The notes beneath the pieces are model-generated. The model saw only the letters and a program-made list of their open reading frames with translations, did not search any database and was not told where the DNA came from. A DNA stretch of 64,000 bases from Escherichia coli (GTDB lineage: Bacteria > Pseudomonadota > Gammaproteobacteria > Enterobacterales > Enterobacteriaceae): the NCBI RefSeq assembly GCF_036507355.1, contig NZ_AP027877.1; one strand, 5' to 3'. Within the stretch, counting starts at the first letter, position 1; every line of letters begins with the position of its first letter. This document shows positions 13,059 through 22,651 of this stretch, in pieces. The position numbers and the translations under genes are program-made.

Positions 13059-14708
13059 TTAACCGCGCCACGCTTTATAGCGGTTAATCAGACCATTGGT
13101 CGAGCTATCGTGGCTGCTGATTTCTTTATCATCTTTCAGCTCTGGCAGAATACGGTTCGCCAGTTGTTTACCCAGCTCCACGCCCCACTGGTCGAAGGTG
13201 AAGATGTTCAGGATCACGCCCTGAGTAAAGATTTTGTGCTCATACAGCGCAATCAACGCACCCAGGCTGAACGGAGTGATTTCACGCAGCAGGATGGAGT
13301 TGGTCGGGCGGTTACCTTCGAACACTTTGAACGGCACCACGTAGTCAAGCGTTGCCGGATCTTTACCCTGATCGCGATATTCCTGCTCAACCACTTCGCG
13401 GGATTTACCAAACGCCAGCGCTTCGGTCTGAGCAAAGAAGTTAGACAGCAGTTTCTGGTGATGATCAGAGAGCGGGTTATGGGTGATAGCCGGGGCGATG
13501 AAATCGCACGGTACCATTTTGGTTCCCTGATGGATCAGCTGGTAGAACGCGTGCTGACCGTTAGTGCCTGGTTCACCCCAGATAATCGGGCCAGTCTGGT
13601 AATCCACAACGTTACCGTTACGGTCAACATACTTACCGTTGGACTCCATATTGCCCTGCTGGAAGTACGCCGCAAAACGGTGCATATACTGGTCATACGG
13701 CAGAATCGCTTCAGTTTCCGCACCAAAGAAATTGTTGTACCAGATGCCAATCAGCGCCAGCAAGACAGGCAGGTTTTTCTCGGCAGGCGTGGTGGAGAAA
13801 TGCTTGTCCATCGCGTGTGCGCCAGAAAGCAGTTCAACGAAGTTATCAAAGCCGATGGAGAGAACAATCGACAGGCCAATCGCTGACCACAAAGAGTAAC
13901 GGCCGCCGACCCAGTCCCAGAACTCGAACATGTTGGCAGTATCAATACCAAACTCGCCAACGGCTTTGGCATTGGTTGAGAGCGCCGCAAAGTGTTTCGC
14001 AACGTGTTTTTCATCACCTGCCGCTTTCAGGAACCAGTCACGCGCGCTATGGGCGTTGGTCATGGTTTCCTGAGTGGTGAAGGTTTTAGATGCTACCAGG
14101 AACAGCGTGGTTTCCGGGTTTACTTTTTTCAGCACTTCCGCGATATGAGTCCCATCGACGTTAGAAACAAAGTGCATGTTCAGGTGATTTTTGTACGGAC
14201 GCAGTGCTTCGGTCACCATGTACGGGCCGAGGTCAGAACCACCGATCCCGATGTTCACTACGTCAGTGATTGCTTTGCCGGTATAACCCTTCCACTCACC
14301 GGAAATAATCGCTTCCGAGAAGGTTTTCATCTTCTCCAGCACCGCGTTGACTTCCGGCATTACGTCTTTGCCATCAACCAGAATCGGGGTATTGCTACGG
14401 TTACGCAGCGCTACGTGCAGCACGGCGCGGTTTTCAGTGCGGTTGATCTTCTCGCCAGAGAACATCGACTTAATCGCGCCCGCCAGATCGCACTCTTTCG
14501 CCAGATCTTGTAATTTCGCCAGCGTCTCTTCAGTGATGCGGTTTTTGGAGTAATCCACCAGCATCTGATCGTCGAAGGTTGCGGAGAACTTAGAAAAACG
14601 ATCGCCGTCTTTAGCAAAAAGATCGGCGATCGTAACGTCTTTCATTTCATCGAAGTGTTTCTGTAGTGCCTGCCAGGCAGCGGTCTGCGTTGGATTGATG
14701 TTTTTCAT
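13059..14708 (-). CDS. pgi: glucose-6-phosphate isomerase Pgi (549 aa)
   Basis: ORF 13059..14714; [31 protein letters not shown]...; start at ATG two codons inside ORF-track start. Confidence 0.97.
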
Positions 14709-14949
14709 TAGCAATACTCTTCTGATTTTGAGAATTGTGACTTTGGAAGATTGTAGCGCCAGTCACAGAAAAATGTGATGGTTTTAGTGCCGTTAGCGTA
14801 ATGTTGAGTGTAAACCCTTAGCGCAGTGAAGCATTTATTAGCTGAACTACTGACCGCCAGGAGTGGATGAAAAATCCGCATGACCCCGTCGTTGACAACC
14901 GCCCCGCTCACCCTTTATTTATAAATGTACTACCTGCGCTAGCGCAGGC

Positions 14950-15200
14950 CAGAAGAGGCGCGTTGCCCAAGTAACGGTGTTGGAGGAGCCAGTCCTGTGA
15001 TAACACCTGAGGGGGTGCATCGCCGAGGTGATTGAACGGCTGGCCACGTTCATCATCGGCTACAGGGGCTGAATCCCCTGGGTTGTCACCAGAAGCGTTC
15101 GCAGTCGGGCGTTTCGCAAGTGGTGGAGCACTTCTGGGTGAAAATAGTAGCGAAGTATCGCTCTGCGCCCACCCGTCTTCCGCTCTTCCCTTGTGCCAAG
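14950..15200 (+). promoter_or_regulatory. lysine riboswitch (L-box) in lysC 5' leader
   Basis: Long structured leader upstream of lysC containing AGAGGCGC...GGAGGAGCC...CTGTGATAAC...GAGGGGG motifs characteristic of the lysC LYS element. Confidence 0.8.
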
Positions 15201-15232
15201 GCTGAAAATGGATCCCCTGACACGAGGTAGTT

Positions 15233-16582
15233 ATGTCTGAAATTGTTGTCTCCAAATTTGGCGGTACCAGCGTAGCTGATTTTGACGCCATGAACCGCAG
15301 CGCTGATATTGTGCTTTCTGATGCCAACGTGCGTTTAGTTGTCCTCTCGGCTTCTGCTGGTATCACTAATCTGCTGGTCGCTTTAGCTGAAGGGCTGGAA
15401 CCTGGCGAGCGATTCGAAAAACTCGACGCTATTCGCAACATCCAGTTTGCCATTCTGGAACGTCTGCGTTACCCGAACGTTATCCGTGAAGAGATTGAAC
15501 GTCTGCTGGAGAACATTACTGTTCTGGCAGAAGCGGCGGCGCTGGCAACGTCTCCGGCGCTGACAGATGAACTGGTCAGCCACGGCGAGCTGATGTCGAC
15601 CCTGCTGTTTGTCGAGATCCTGCGCGAACGCGATGTTCAGGCACAGTGGTTTGATGTACGTAAAGTGATGCGTACCAACGACCGATTTGGTCGTGCAGAG
15701 CCAGATGTAGCCGCGCTGGCGGAACTGGCCGCGCTGCAGCTGCTCCCACGCCTCAATGAAGGCTTAGTGATCACCCAGGGATTTATCGGTAGCGAAAATA
15801 AAGGTCGTACAACGACGCTTGGCCGTGGAGGCAGCGATTATACGGCAGCCTTGCTGGCGGAGGCTTTACACGCATCTCGTGTTGATATCTGGACCGACGT
15901 CCCGGGCATCTACACCACCGATCCACGCGTGGTTTCCGCAGCAAAACGCATTGATGAAATCGCGTTTGCCGAAGCAGCAGAGATGGCAACTTTTGGTGCA
16001 AAAGTACTGCATCCGGCAACATTGCTACCCGCAGTACGCAGCGATATCCCGGTCTTTGTCGGCTCCAGCAAAGACCCACGCGCAGGTGGTACGCTGGTGT
16101 GCAATAAAACTGAAAATCCGCCGCTGTTCCGCGCGCTGGCGCTTCGTCGCAATCAGACTCTGCTCACTTTGCACAGCCTGAATATGCTGCATTCTCGCGG
16201 CTTCCTCGCGGAAGTTTTCGGCATCCTCGCGCGGCATAATATTTCGGTAGACTTAATCACCACGTCAGAAGTGAGCGTGGCATTAACCCTTGATACCACC
16301 GGTTCAACCTCCACTGGCGATACGTTGCTGACGCAATCTCTGCTGATGGAGCTTTCCGCACTGTGCCGGGTGGAGGTGGAAGAAGGTCTGGCGCTGGTCG
16401 CGTTGATTGGCAATGACCTGTCAAAAGCCTGCGGCGTTGGCAAAGAGGTGTTCGGCGTACTGGAACCGTTCAACATTCGCATGATTTGTTACGGCGCATC
16501 CAGCCATAACCTGTGCTTCCTGGTGCCCGGCGAAGATGCCGAGCAGGTGGTGCAGAAGCTGCATTTTAATTTGTTTGAGTAA
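15233..16582 (+). CDS. lysC: lysine-sensitive aspartokinase III LysC (449 aa)
   Basis: ORF track; MSEIVVSKFGGTSVADFDAMNRSADIVLSDANVRLVVLSASAGITN... Confidence 0.98.
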   Translation: MSEIVVSKFGGTSVADFDAMNRSADIVLSDANVRLVVLSASAGITNLLVALAEGLEPGERFEKLDAIRNIQFAILERLRYPNVIREEIERLLENITVLAEAAALATSPALTDELVSHGELMSTLLFVEILRERDVQAQWFDVRKVMRTNDRFGRAEPDVAALAELAALQLLPRLNEGLVITQGFIGSENKGRTTTLGRGGSDYTAALLAEALHASRVDIWTDVPGIYTTDPRVVSAAKRIDEIAFAEAAEMATFGAKVLHPATLLPAVRSDIPVFVGSSKDPRAGGTLVCNKTENPPLFRALALRRNQTLLTLHSLNMLHSRGFLAEVFGILARHNISVDLITTSEVSVALTLDTTGSTSTGDTLLTQSLLMELSALCRVEVEEGLALVALIGNDLSKACGVGKEVFGVLEPFNIRMICYGASSHNLCFLVPGEDAEQVVQKLHFNLFE

Positions 16583-16726
16583 TATTTCCCTACTGGCGTA
16601 TAACGCTCACCAATTGTTATACGCCATCCTCACTGAAAACATAGATTAAATAATATCTGAAAAGCAAAATCACTCCTGTAGAACAGTATTATAACCACCG
16701 AAAAATATCATTTAACAGGAGTGTTA

Positions 16727-17656
16727 ATGGCTACTTTAATGGAAAAGGATGCACTTTTAAACGGCGCCAGTCAGTGCATCGCGTTTTTATCAAATATCGT
16801 CGACAGTTGTTTTTCCTCACAAGTTCAGGACTCAGACGATGAGCTATCACAATTAGTCAGCTATCGCGACAATCTTTATTCCACTCCAGCAGAAATTGTT
16901 GATTTTACACAGGGAATGTTACGCCTCCAGCAGGTCAGAAAAAAGTATCAGCGTGAATTTAATAATACTGCGCATTCAGAAAATAAAGCGTCTTTTGATT
17001 CTATTTGGCAGCGTCTGACAAACCATGACGTCACATCCCAGCAGAGTCCCATTGGTTTTGTTTTAGGTGGACAACCAGGAGCCGGAAAATCCATCCTAAT
17101 CGAATTAGCAAAAAGGGAAACAAAGAATAATATAATGATTATTAATGGTGATGATTTCAGATTTCTACACCCTGATTTTAATTATATATATCAAACTTAT
17201 GGCGACGATTTTGTTACCCATACGGCAAAATTTTCCGGCGAAACGGTCGAACGTGCAATAGAGAGGGCCATAGCCAATAAACTCAATATTGTTGTCGAAG
17301 GAACATTTCGTAATGCCGCTACGCCGCTACAAACATTAAAAAAACTCAAAGATGCAGGCTACCGAACAGAAGTCATGATAAAAACCACCTCAGCGGCATT
17401 AAGCTGGGAAAGCACCAACGAACGGTATAATAAGGACAAAGAGGCGGGAAATATCGCCCGCAAAGTGGATAAAAATCACCATGATATCGTCACCGATTTG
17501 CTAGCAGAAAATGCCAGCAAGGTGTTTGCTTCAAACCTGGCAGATAAGTTTGCGGTGTATTCGCGTGAGAAGATGATATTTAGTTCACAAGCGGCAACCA
17601 ATTGCGATATTGCAACGCTTATACAAAATGAAATCAGCGGAAGTGCACAAGAATAA
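16727..17656 (+). CDS. zeta-toxin-family P-loop kinase with ~100-aa N-terminal extension (EzeT-like single-chain toxin/antitoxin candidate)
   Basis: ORF 16721..17656; ATG at 16727 preceded by AGGAG; Walker A GGQPGAGKS followed by motifs resembling zeta/PezT UDP-GlcNAc kinases (INGDDFR..HP, EGTFR); AT-rich codon usage; not part of the K-12 lysC-yjbD arrangement as I recall it. Confidence 0.7.
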   Translation: MATLMEKDALLNGASQCIAFLSNIVDSCFSSQVQDSDDELSQLVSYRDNLYSTPAEIVDFTQGMLRLQQVRKKYQREFNNTAHSENKASFDSIWQRLTNHDVTSQQSPIGFVLGGQPGAGKSILIELAKRETKNNIMIINGDDFRFLHPDFNYIYQTYGDDFVTHTAKFSGETVERAIERAIANKLNIVVEGTFRNAATPLQTLKKLKDAGYRTEVMIKTTSAALSWESTNERYNKDKEAGNIARKVDKNHHDIVTDLLAENASKVFASNLADKFAVYSREKMIFSSQAATNCDIATLIQNEISGSAQE

Positions 17657-17688
17657 TAAAAGCTGATGACCTGAAATAACGCCGGGCA

Positions 17689-18489
17689 TCACGCCCGGCG
17701 CATTACCGTCTGGTACAGTAAGCTATCCAGTTTCTTAACGTCCCCTTCTCTACTATCCGGTAACACAGGCGGAATTTCCCCACGCGCCAGTTCCGCATGG
17801 ATAAACGCATGTAGCAATGGACGGCGTGGGCCATATTCCGCTTCACCCGCACGCTGTTTACGTTCCAGTAATTCATCTATTTCTGCGCGTAAGGCCGCAT
17901 CCAACTCACTTCCCGCCAGCAATTCGGAAAAACGCATTGGCGGTACGCCTTTTCCCGCTTCAACCCAACGCACGGCCAGCAACGGACGCAGCACGTAAAA
18001 GTATTTTTTCAGTCGAACTTCATCGCCCTGCAAATATCCGCGGAAGTTTTTCTGCGCCATCGAATAGTAATGCCAGCGCGCACGCAGCGGAGAAAACCAC
18101 GTTGGGACCATTGCCTTAAGCGCCGTTATCGTTTCTTCATCTTGTTGATAGACCACCGGAGAATCCAGCCATTCTATCAGCGTCGGGTTCGCGCCTTTCA
18201 ATAATCCCAGCGCCTTACGCCACTCCCAACCGGAAACATCTAACTCGTCGTCGATGGGCAGCTCAATAACATCGCGCGGTGACTCTACTCGCAGATACCA
18301 TTCCAGCGGGTGAACATACAAAAACCGTACATCGTAGTCGCTGTCGGGCGAGGCAAATCCCCAACCGCGACTCCCCGATTCACAGGCGTACAGTACTTTC
18401 ACATCATACCGCCGTTCAATTTCTTTTAACTGCTGCGATACCCTTTCGCGCATCGCAGCACTGACTCCATTTAATGGCATGTTACTCAC
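17689..18489 (-). CDS. Pol-beta-superfamily nucleotidyltransferase (266 aa), uncharacterised
   Basis: ORF track; ESGSRGWGFASPDSDYDVRFLY = GS-x9-DxD nucleotidyltransferase motif; start overlaps stop of upstream SPFH gene by 4 bp. Confidence 0.7.
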   Translation of the reverse strand: MSNMPLNGVSAAMRERVSQQLKEIERRYDVKVLYACESGSRGWGFASPDSDYDVRFLYVHPLEWYLRVESPRDVIELPIDDELDVSGWEWRKALGLLKGANPTLIEWLDSPVVYQQDEETITALKAMVPTWFSPLRARWHYYSMAQKNFRGYLQGDEVRLKKYFYVLRPLLAVRWVEAGKGVPPMRFSELLAGSELDAALRAEIDELLERKQRAGEAEYGPRRPLLHAFIHAELARGEIPPVLPDSREGDVKKLDSLLYQTVMRRA

Positions 18490-19613
18490 CCTTTGATATT
18501 AACCAACCCGTGCAGAACCTGATCCAGACCGCCAAATACAGAGATGTTATCAATCCGCTCAGCCACTCTCTCCAGCGTTTCCAGCTCTTTTAAACGCAAC
18601 GCTACCGGATTGTTCTCCATGACTTTGGCGGTGTTCAGTAACGAGCGCGTCGCTGCCGTTTCTTCACGTCGGCGAATCACATTCGCCTGCGCAGATTTCT
18701 CTGCCTCAACCAGCTGCGCAAGGATATTTTTCATATCGCCAGGCAGGACGATATCTTTCACCCCTAATGAAGCAATCTCCATACCGAACGGCTTCATGCG
18801 CGATTTCACCTGTTCGCTGACAACGTCATCAATGACCTGTTTATCTTCCAGCAATTCATCCAGCGTACGCGTACCTACCACTTCACGCAGTGCAAATTGC
18901 AATTCCCGATACAAATGATCAATCGGCTTCGTTAACTGACTAAATGCTAATAACACGTCGCTGTAGCGCCAGTTAGCCGCGAGGTTAATCCGCAGATTGA
19001 CCTTATCTTTCGTTAAGATTTCTTGCCCGCTGACTTCCAGTACCTGCAAGCGGGTGTCAACCACTTCAGCTTCAACCAGATGGTTAATTTTCCAGTACGC
19101 GGTAAGCCCCGGCGGTAACAGCGCCTGCGTTTCACCATCGATTTTCAGCACGCCTACATGCCAGGCCGGAACCTGCACCGTCAGTATCGCATCGCGGCCT
19201 TTAACAACTCCTTTGCGCCGTGGCTGTAATACCGCATTCATCACCTCCGTTTGTACCGGGACTTGCTGCGTATTCATCCGCACCAGCGTCAAATCATCCT
19301 CTACACGCCAGTACAAACGACGCGTTGATGGCGGCAGGATCTCCAACAAAATACCGTCCATATACAACACCCCGGCTTCAGTCTCCGACAAGTCTGCCAC
19401 CAGGCAATATTTCTCCACCCAATCAGGCTGAAAGCGGCGCAAATAATCCGCAAGCACGTCGGGAACTTCGCTACCATCCAGCGTAATCAGCAACACTTCC
19501 GGGGTATTTAACCAGGGTAAAATATGCTCGCCTGCATGCAGCACTTTGTAGTAATCGCCGTTTCTGGAGAGTAATGCCAGCTGATCTTTTCTTACGCTTA
19601 TTTTTTTAATCAT
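18486..19613 (-). CDS. SPFH/band-7 (stomatin/flotillin-like) domain protein without obvious N-terminal TM helix (375 aa)
   Basis: ORF track; C-terminal half has band-7 hallmarks (GMEIASLGVKDIVLPGDMKNILAQLVEAEKSAQANVIRRREETAA...LRLKELETLERVAERI); hydrophilic N-terminus. Confidence 0.7.
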   Translation of the reverse strand: MIKKISVRKDQLALLSRNGDYYKVLHAGEHILPWLNTPEVLLITLDGSEVPDVLADYLRRFQPDWVEKYCLVADLSETEAGVLYMDGILLEILPPSTRRLYWRVEDDLTLVRMNTQQVPVQTEVMNAVLQPRRKGVVKGRDAILTVQVPAWHVGVLKIDGETQALLPPGLTAYWKINHLVEAEVVDTRLQVLEVSGQEILTKDKVNLRINLAANWRYSDVLLAFSQLTKPIDHLYRELQFALREVVGTRTLDELLEDKQVIDDVVSEQVKSRMKPFGMEIASLGVKDIVLPGDMKNILAQLVEAEKSAQANVIRRREETAATRSLLNTAKVMENNPVALRLKELETLERVAERIDNISVFGGLDQVLHGLVNIKG

Positions 19614-20141
19614 TATCTATTCCTTGCTTAATAGCCGTCGCGGAAGCAGACACGAAGCGACAGGGGAATTCCCTTTTGCCTGTTACCCGGCATCTTTATC
19701 GGCGACGTTATCGGGGACCGCAGACTGCGCAATCCCTCATTTTTTATTTAATAAGTTACAACCAGTATTCATTTCAGGAATGAATGTGGGAATCGAACCC
19801 GTAATTGGCGTCAAAGGCTGATGGAACACGCCCGGAAAACAGCCTGGCCGTTCCTGGTGTGCCGACGGGGTTTAACCCCCTTTGTAATTCAGTATCAACG
19901 CAAAAGTGTTATTGCGAGAAGCGTGCCAGAAGTGATAAAAAATTTTAATTACATGAAAAATAAAGATTTAATAAATCATTATTGTTTGTAGGGGGAGATT
20001 TTTTCGCTAAATTTGTATCTGTATTTATCGTCAATTATCAAGAAAGATAAATATTTAAGAAGAGAACAAAGGAATATTATCAGTTCTGCTTGCAAATAAA
20101 TTCCCGTACACTGAACTATCCGATTAACAGAGGGCACCATC

Positions 20142-20414
20142 ATGGCACTCCCCCGTATTACTCAAAAAGAGATGACTGAGCGTGAACAGCGCGAACTGAA
20201 GACGCTGCTGGATCGCGCGCGTATTGCACATGGTCGCGTGCTGACCAACGCCGAAACCAACAGCATTAAGAAAGAGTACATCGATAAATTAATGGTCGAG
20301 CGTGAGGCTGAAGCGAAAAAAGCCCGCCAGTTAAAGAAAAAGCAGGCTTATAAACCGGATCCTGAAGCGTCATTTAGCTGGTCAGCAAATACGTCGACGC
20401 GCGGCAGGCGCTGA
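20142..20414 (+). CDS. yjbD: DUF3811 protein YjbD (90 aa)
   Basis: ORF track; MALPRITQKEMTEREQRELKTLLDRARIAHGRVL... Confidence 0.85.
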   Translation: MALPRITQKEMTEREQRELKTLLDRARIAHGRVLTNAETNSIKKEYIDKLMVEREAEAKKARQLKKKQAYKPDPEASFSWSANTSTRGRR

Positions 20415-21287
20415 TTAGCGCCCCTTCTTTTTACGCCCCGGCGAGGTAAAACGCTTACCGTTGGACGCCGGGCGACCGCCTTTTTCCGCCGTTTTTTCCA
20501 TCTTAACGACTGGACGTTTGATGCCCGCCGTTTTCGGTTTAGCCTTCGCTTTAGGTTTTGCCTCGGAAGAGGAATTTTCAATGAGCTTAAAGAGGTCGAT
20601 TAACTCATCGTCGGTTAAATCGCGCCACTCCCCCAGTGGAATGCCGTTTAAGCTGACGTTCATAATGCGCGTACGTTCCAGCTTTTTCACTTCATAGCCG
20701 AAATGCTCGCACATGCGCCGGATCTGACGGTTCAGCCCCTGCACCAGGGTAATGCGGAAGACAAACGGCGCTTCTTTTTTGACTTTGCACTTTTTAGTCA
20801 CCGTCCCGAGGATCGGCACCCCCGCCCCCATACCACGAATAAATTCATCGGTAATCGGTTTATCGACCGTCACCAGATACTCTTTCTCATGATCGTTACC
20901 CGCACGGAGGATCTTATTCACCAGATCGCCGTGATTGGTGAGGAAAATCAGCCCCTGGGAGTCTTTATCCAGGCGGCCAATCGGGAACACGCGTTTGCTG
21001 TGGTTAACAAAATCGACAATGTTATCGCGCTCGCCATCTTCGGTGGTGCTGACAATACCGACGGGTTTGTTCAGGGCGATAAGTACCAAATCTTCGGCTT
21101 CCCGAGGCTCAATCAACTGACCGTTTACTTTCACAACGTCGCCGGGTTTCACCTGATCGCCAATGGTGGCTCGCTTGCCATTAAGGAACACATTGCCTTG
21201 CTCGATATAGCGATCCGCTTCGCGGCGTGAGCAAATTCCGCTTTCGCTGATGTATTTATTTAAACGGACTGATGAGTCGGGCAGCAT
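20415..21287 (-). CDS. rluF: 23S rRNA pseudouridine synthase RluF (290 aa)
   Basis: ORF track; S4 domain plus RluA/RsuA catalytic motif ([22 protein letters not shown]); Lys-rich C-tail. Confidence 0.93.
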   Translation of the reverse strand: MLPDSSVRLNKYISESGICSRREADRYIEQGNVFLNGKRATIGDQVKPGDVVKVNGQLIEPREAEDLVLIALNKPVGIVSTTEDGERDNIVDFVNHSKRVFPIGRLDKDSQGLIFLTNHGDLVNKILRAGNDHEKEYLVTVDKPITDEFIRGMGAGVPILGTVTKKCKVKKEAPFVFRITLVQGLNRQIRRMCEHFGYEVKKLERTRIMNVSLNGIPLGEWRDLTDDELIDLFKLIENSSSEAKPKAKAKPKTAGIKRPVVKMEKTAEKGGRPASNGKRFTSPGRKKKGR

Positions 21288-21634
21288 AAATTCTCCTGTA
21301 AAACGCGGAATATACCGTACCTCTTAGCGGGGAAAAACAGGGTTATGCGGCAACGTCGAAATTAAATGTGATCTGCCACGCCTTTTATCACAAAAGTGTC
21401 TCCGGAAGTACAATGCAAATTTGCCTGGCAAAATAAGGATAATCAACATATTACGAATCGCTGCACACCTGTGCTGATGACTACTGCGCAGAGAAACAAA
21501 TGTGCAAGAGAAAGCGCTATTTCTCCCCATGCAAAGAGTGAAAAATCGCTTTGAAAGGCCATCATGATGGGGTTATATCAGATCAAGCGGTGAGAAAGCG
21601 TATTTGCACAAATGTGCAGAACCAGGAGGCGGCA

Positions 21635-22582
21635 ATGGAAAACAGTGACGATATCCGTTTGATTGTGAAGATTGCCCAACTCTATTACGAACAGGATATG
21701 ACGCAGGCGCAAATCGCGCGCGAACTGGGTATTTACCGCACCACCATCAGCCGCTTGCTTAAACGAGGCCGCGATCAGGGAATTGTCACCATCGCCATCA
21801 ACTATGACTACAACGAAAATCTCTGGCTCGAGCAGCAACTGAAGCAAAAGTTTGGCCTGAAAGACGTTGTGGTGGTGTCGGGAAATGATGAGGATGAAGA
21901 GACTCAACTGGCGATGATGGGGTTACACGGCGCGCAACTGCTGGATCGCTTGCTGGAGCCTGGCGATATTGTCGGTTTTTCCTGGGGTCGCGCGGTGAGC
22001 GCACTGGTTGAAAACTTGCCGCAAGCGGGGCAATCGCGGCAGTTAATCTGCGTGCCAATTATTGGCGGACCGTCCGGTAAACTCGAAAGCCGCTATCACG
22101 TAAACACATTAACCTACAGCGCGGCAGCGAAGCTGAAAGGGGAATCGCATCTCGCGGATTTTCCGGCTCTGCTGGATAACCCCTTAATTCGTAATGGGAT
22201 CATGCAGTCTCAGCACTTTAAAACCATCTCTGCCTACTGGGATAATCTGGATGTCGCCCTGGTGGGAATTGGCTCACCGGCCATTCGCGACGGCGCTAAC
22301 TGGCATACGTTTTATGGTGGTGAAGAGAGTGACGACCTGAATGCCCGCCAGGTTGCTGGCGATATTTGCTCGCGCTTTTTTGATATTCACGGCGCAATGG
22401 TTGAAACGAATATGAGCGAAAAAACACTCTCTATCGAAATGAATAAATTAAAGCAGGCACGATATTCAATTGGCATTGCCATGAGTGAAGAAAAATACAG
22501 CGGAATTATTGGTGCACTGTGTGGAAAATATATTAATTGTCTGGTAACGAATAGCAGCACAGCTGAACTATTACTGAAATAA
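21635..22582 (+). CDS. sorC: SorC-family transcriptional regulator of the sorbose operon (315 aa)
   Basis: ORF 21551..22582; start taken at MENSDDIRLIVKIAQLYYEQDMTQAQIARELGIYRTTISRLLKRG (HTH) preceded by AGGAGG; C-terminal sugar-binding domain. Confidence 0.85.
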   Translation: MENSDDIRLIVKIAQLYYEQDMTQAQIARELGIYRTTISRLLKRGRDQGIVTIAINYDYNENLWLEQQLKQKFGLKDVVVVSGNDEDEETQLAMMGLHGAQLLDRLLEPGDIVGFSWGRAVSALVENLPQAGQSRQLICVPIIGGPSGKLESRYHVNTLTYSAAAKLKGESHLADFPALLDNPLIRNGIMQSQHFKTISAYWDNLDVALVGIGSPAIRDGANWHTFYGGEESDDLNARQVAGDICSRFFDIHGAMVETNMSEKTLSIEMNKLKQARYSIGIAMSEEKYSGIIGALCGKYINCLVTNSSTAELLLK

Positions 22583-22651
22583 AAATCTTCCCGATGTTTA
22601 TCGTAATAAAAATTACGGCGGGTCCCTATTATCTAAAATCAGGAGTCTGTT

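Noticed and set aside
21551-21634. 28-codon upstream extension of sorC (MKGHHDGVISDQAVRKRICTNVQNQEAA)
   Set aside because: An internal ATG with a strong AGGAGG Shine-Dalgarno gives the expected 315-aa SorC; the extension overlaps the likely operator/promoter region.
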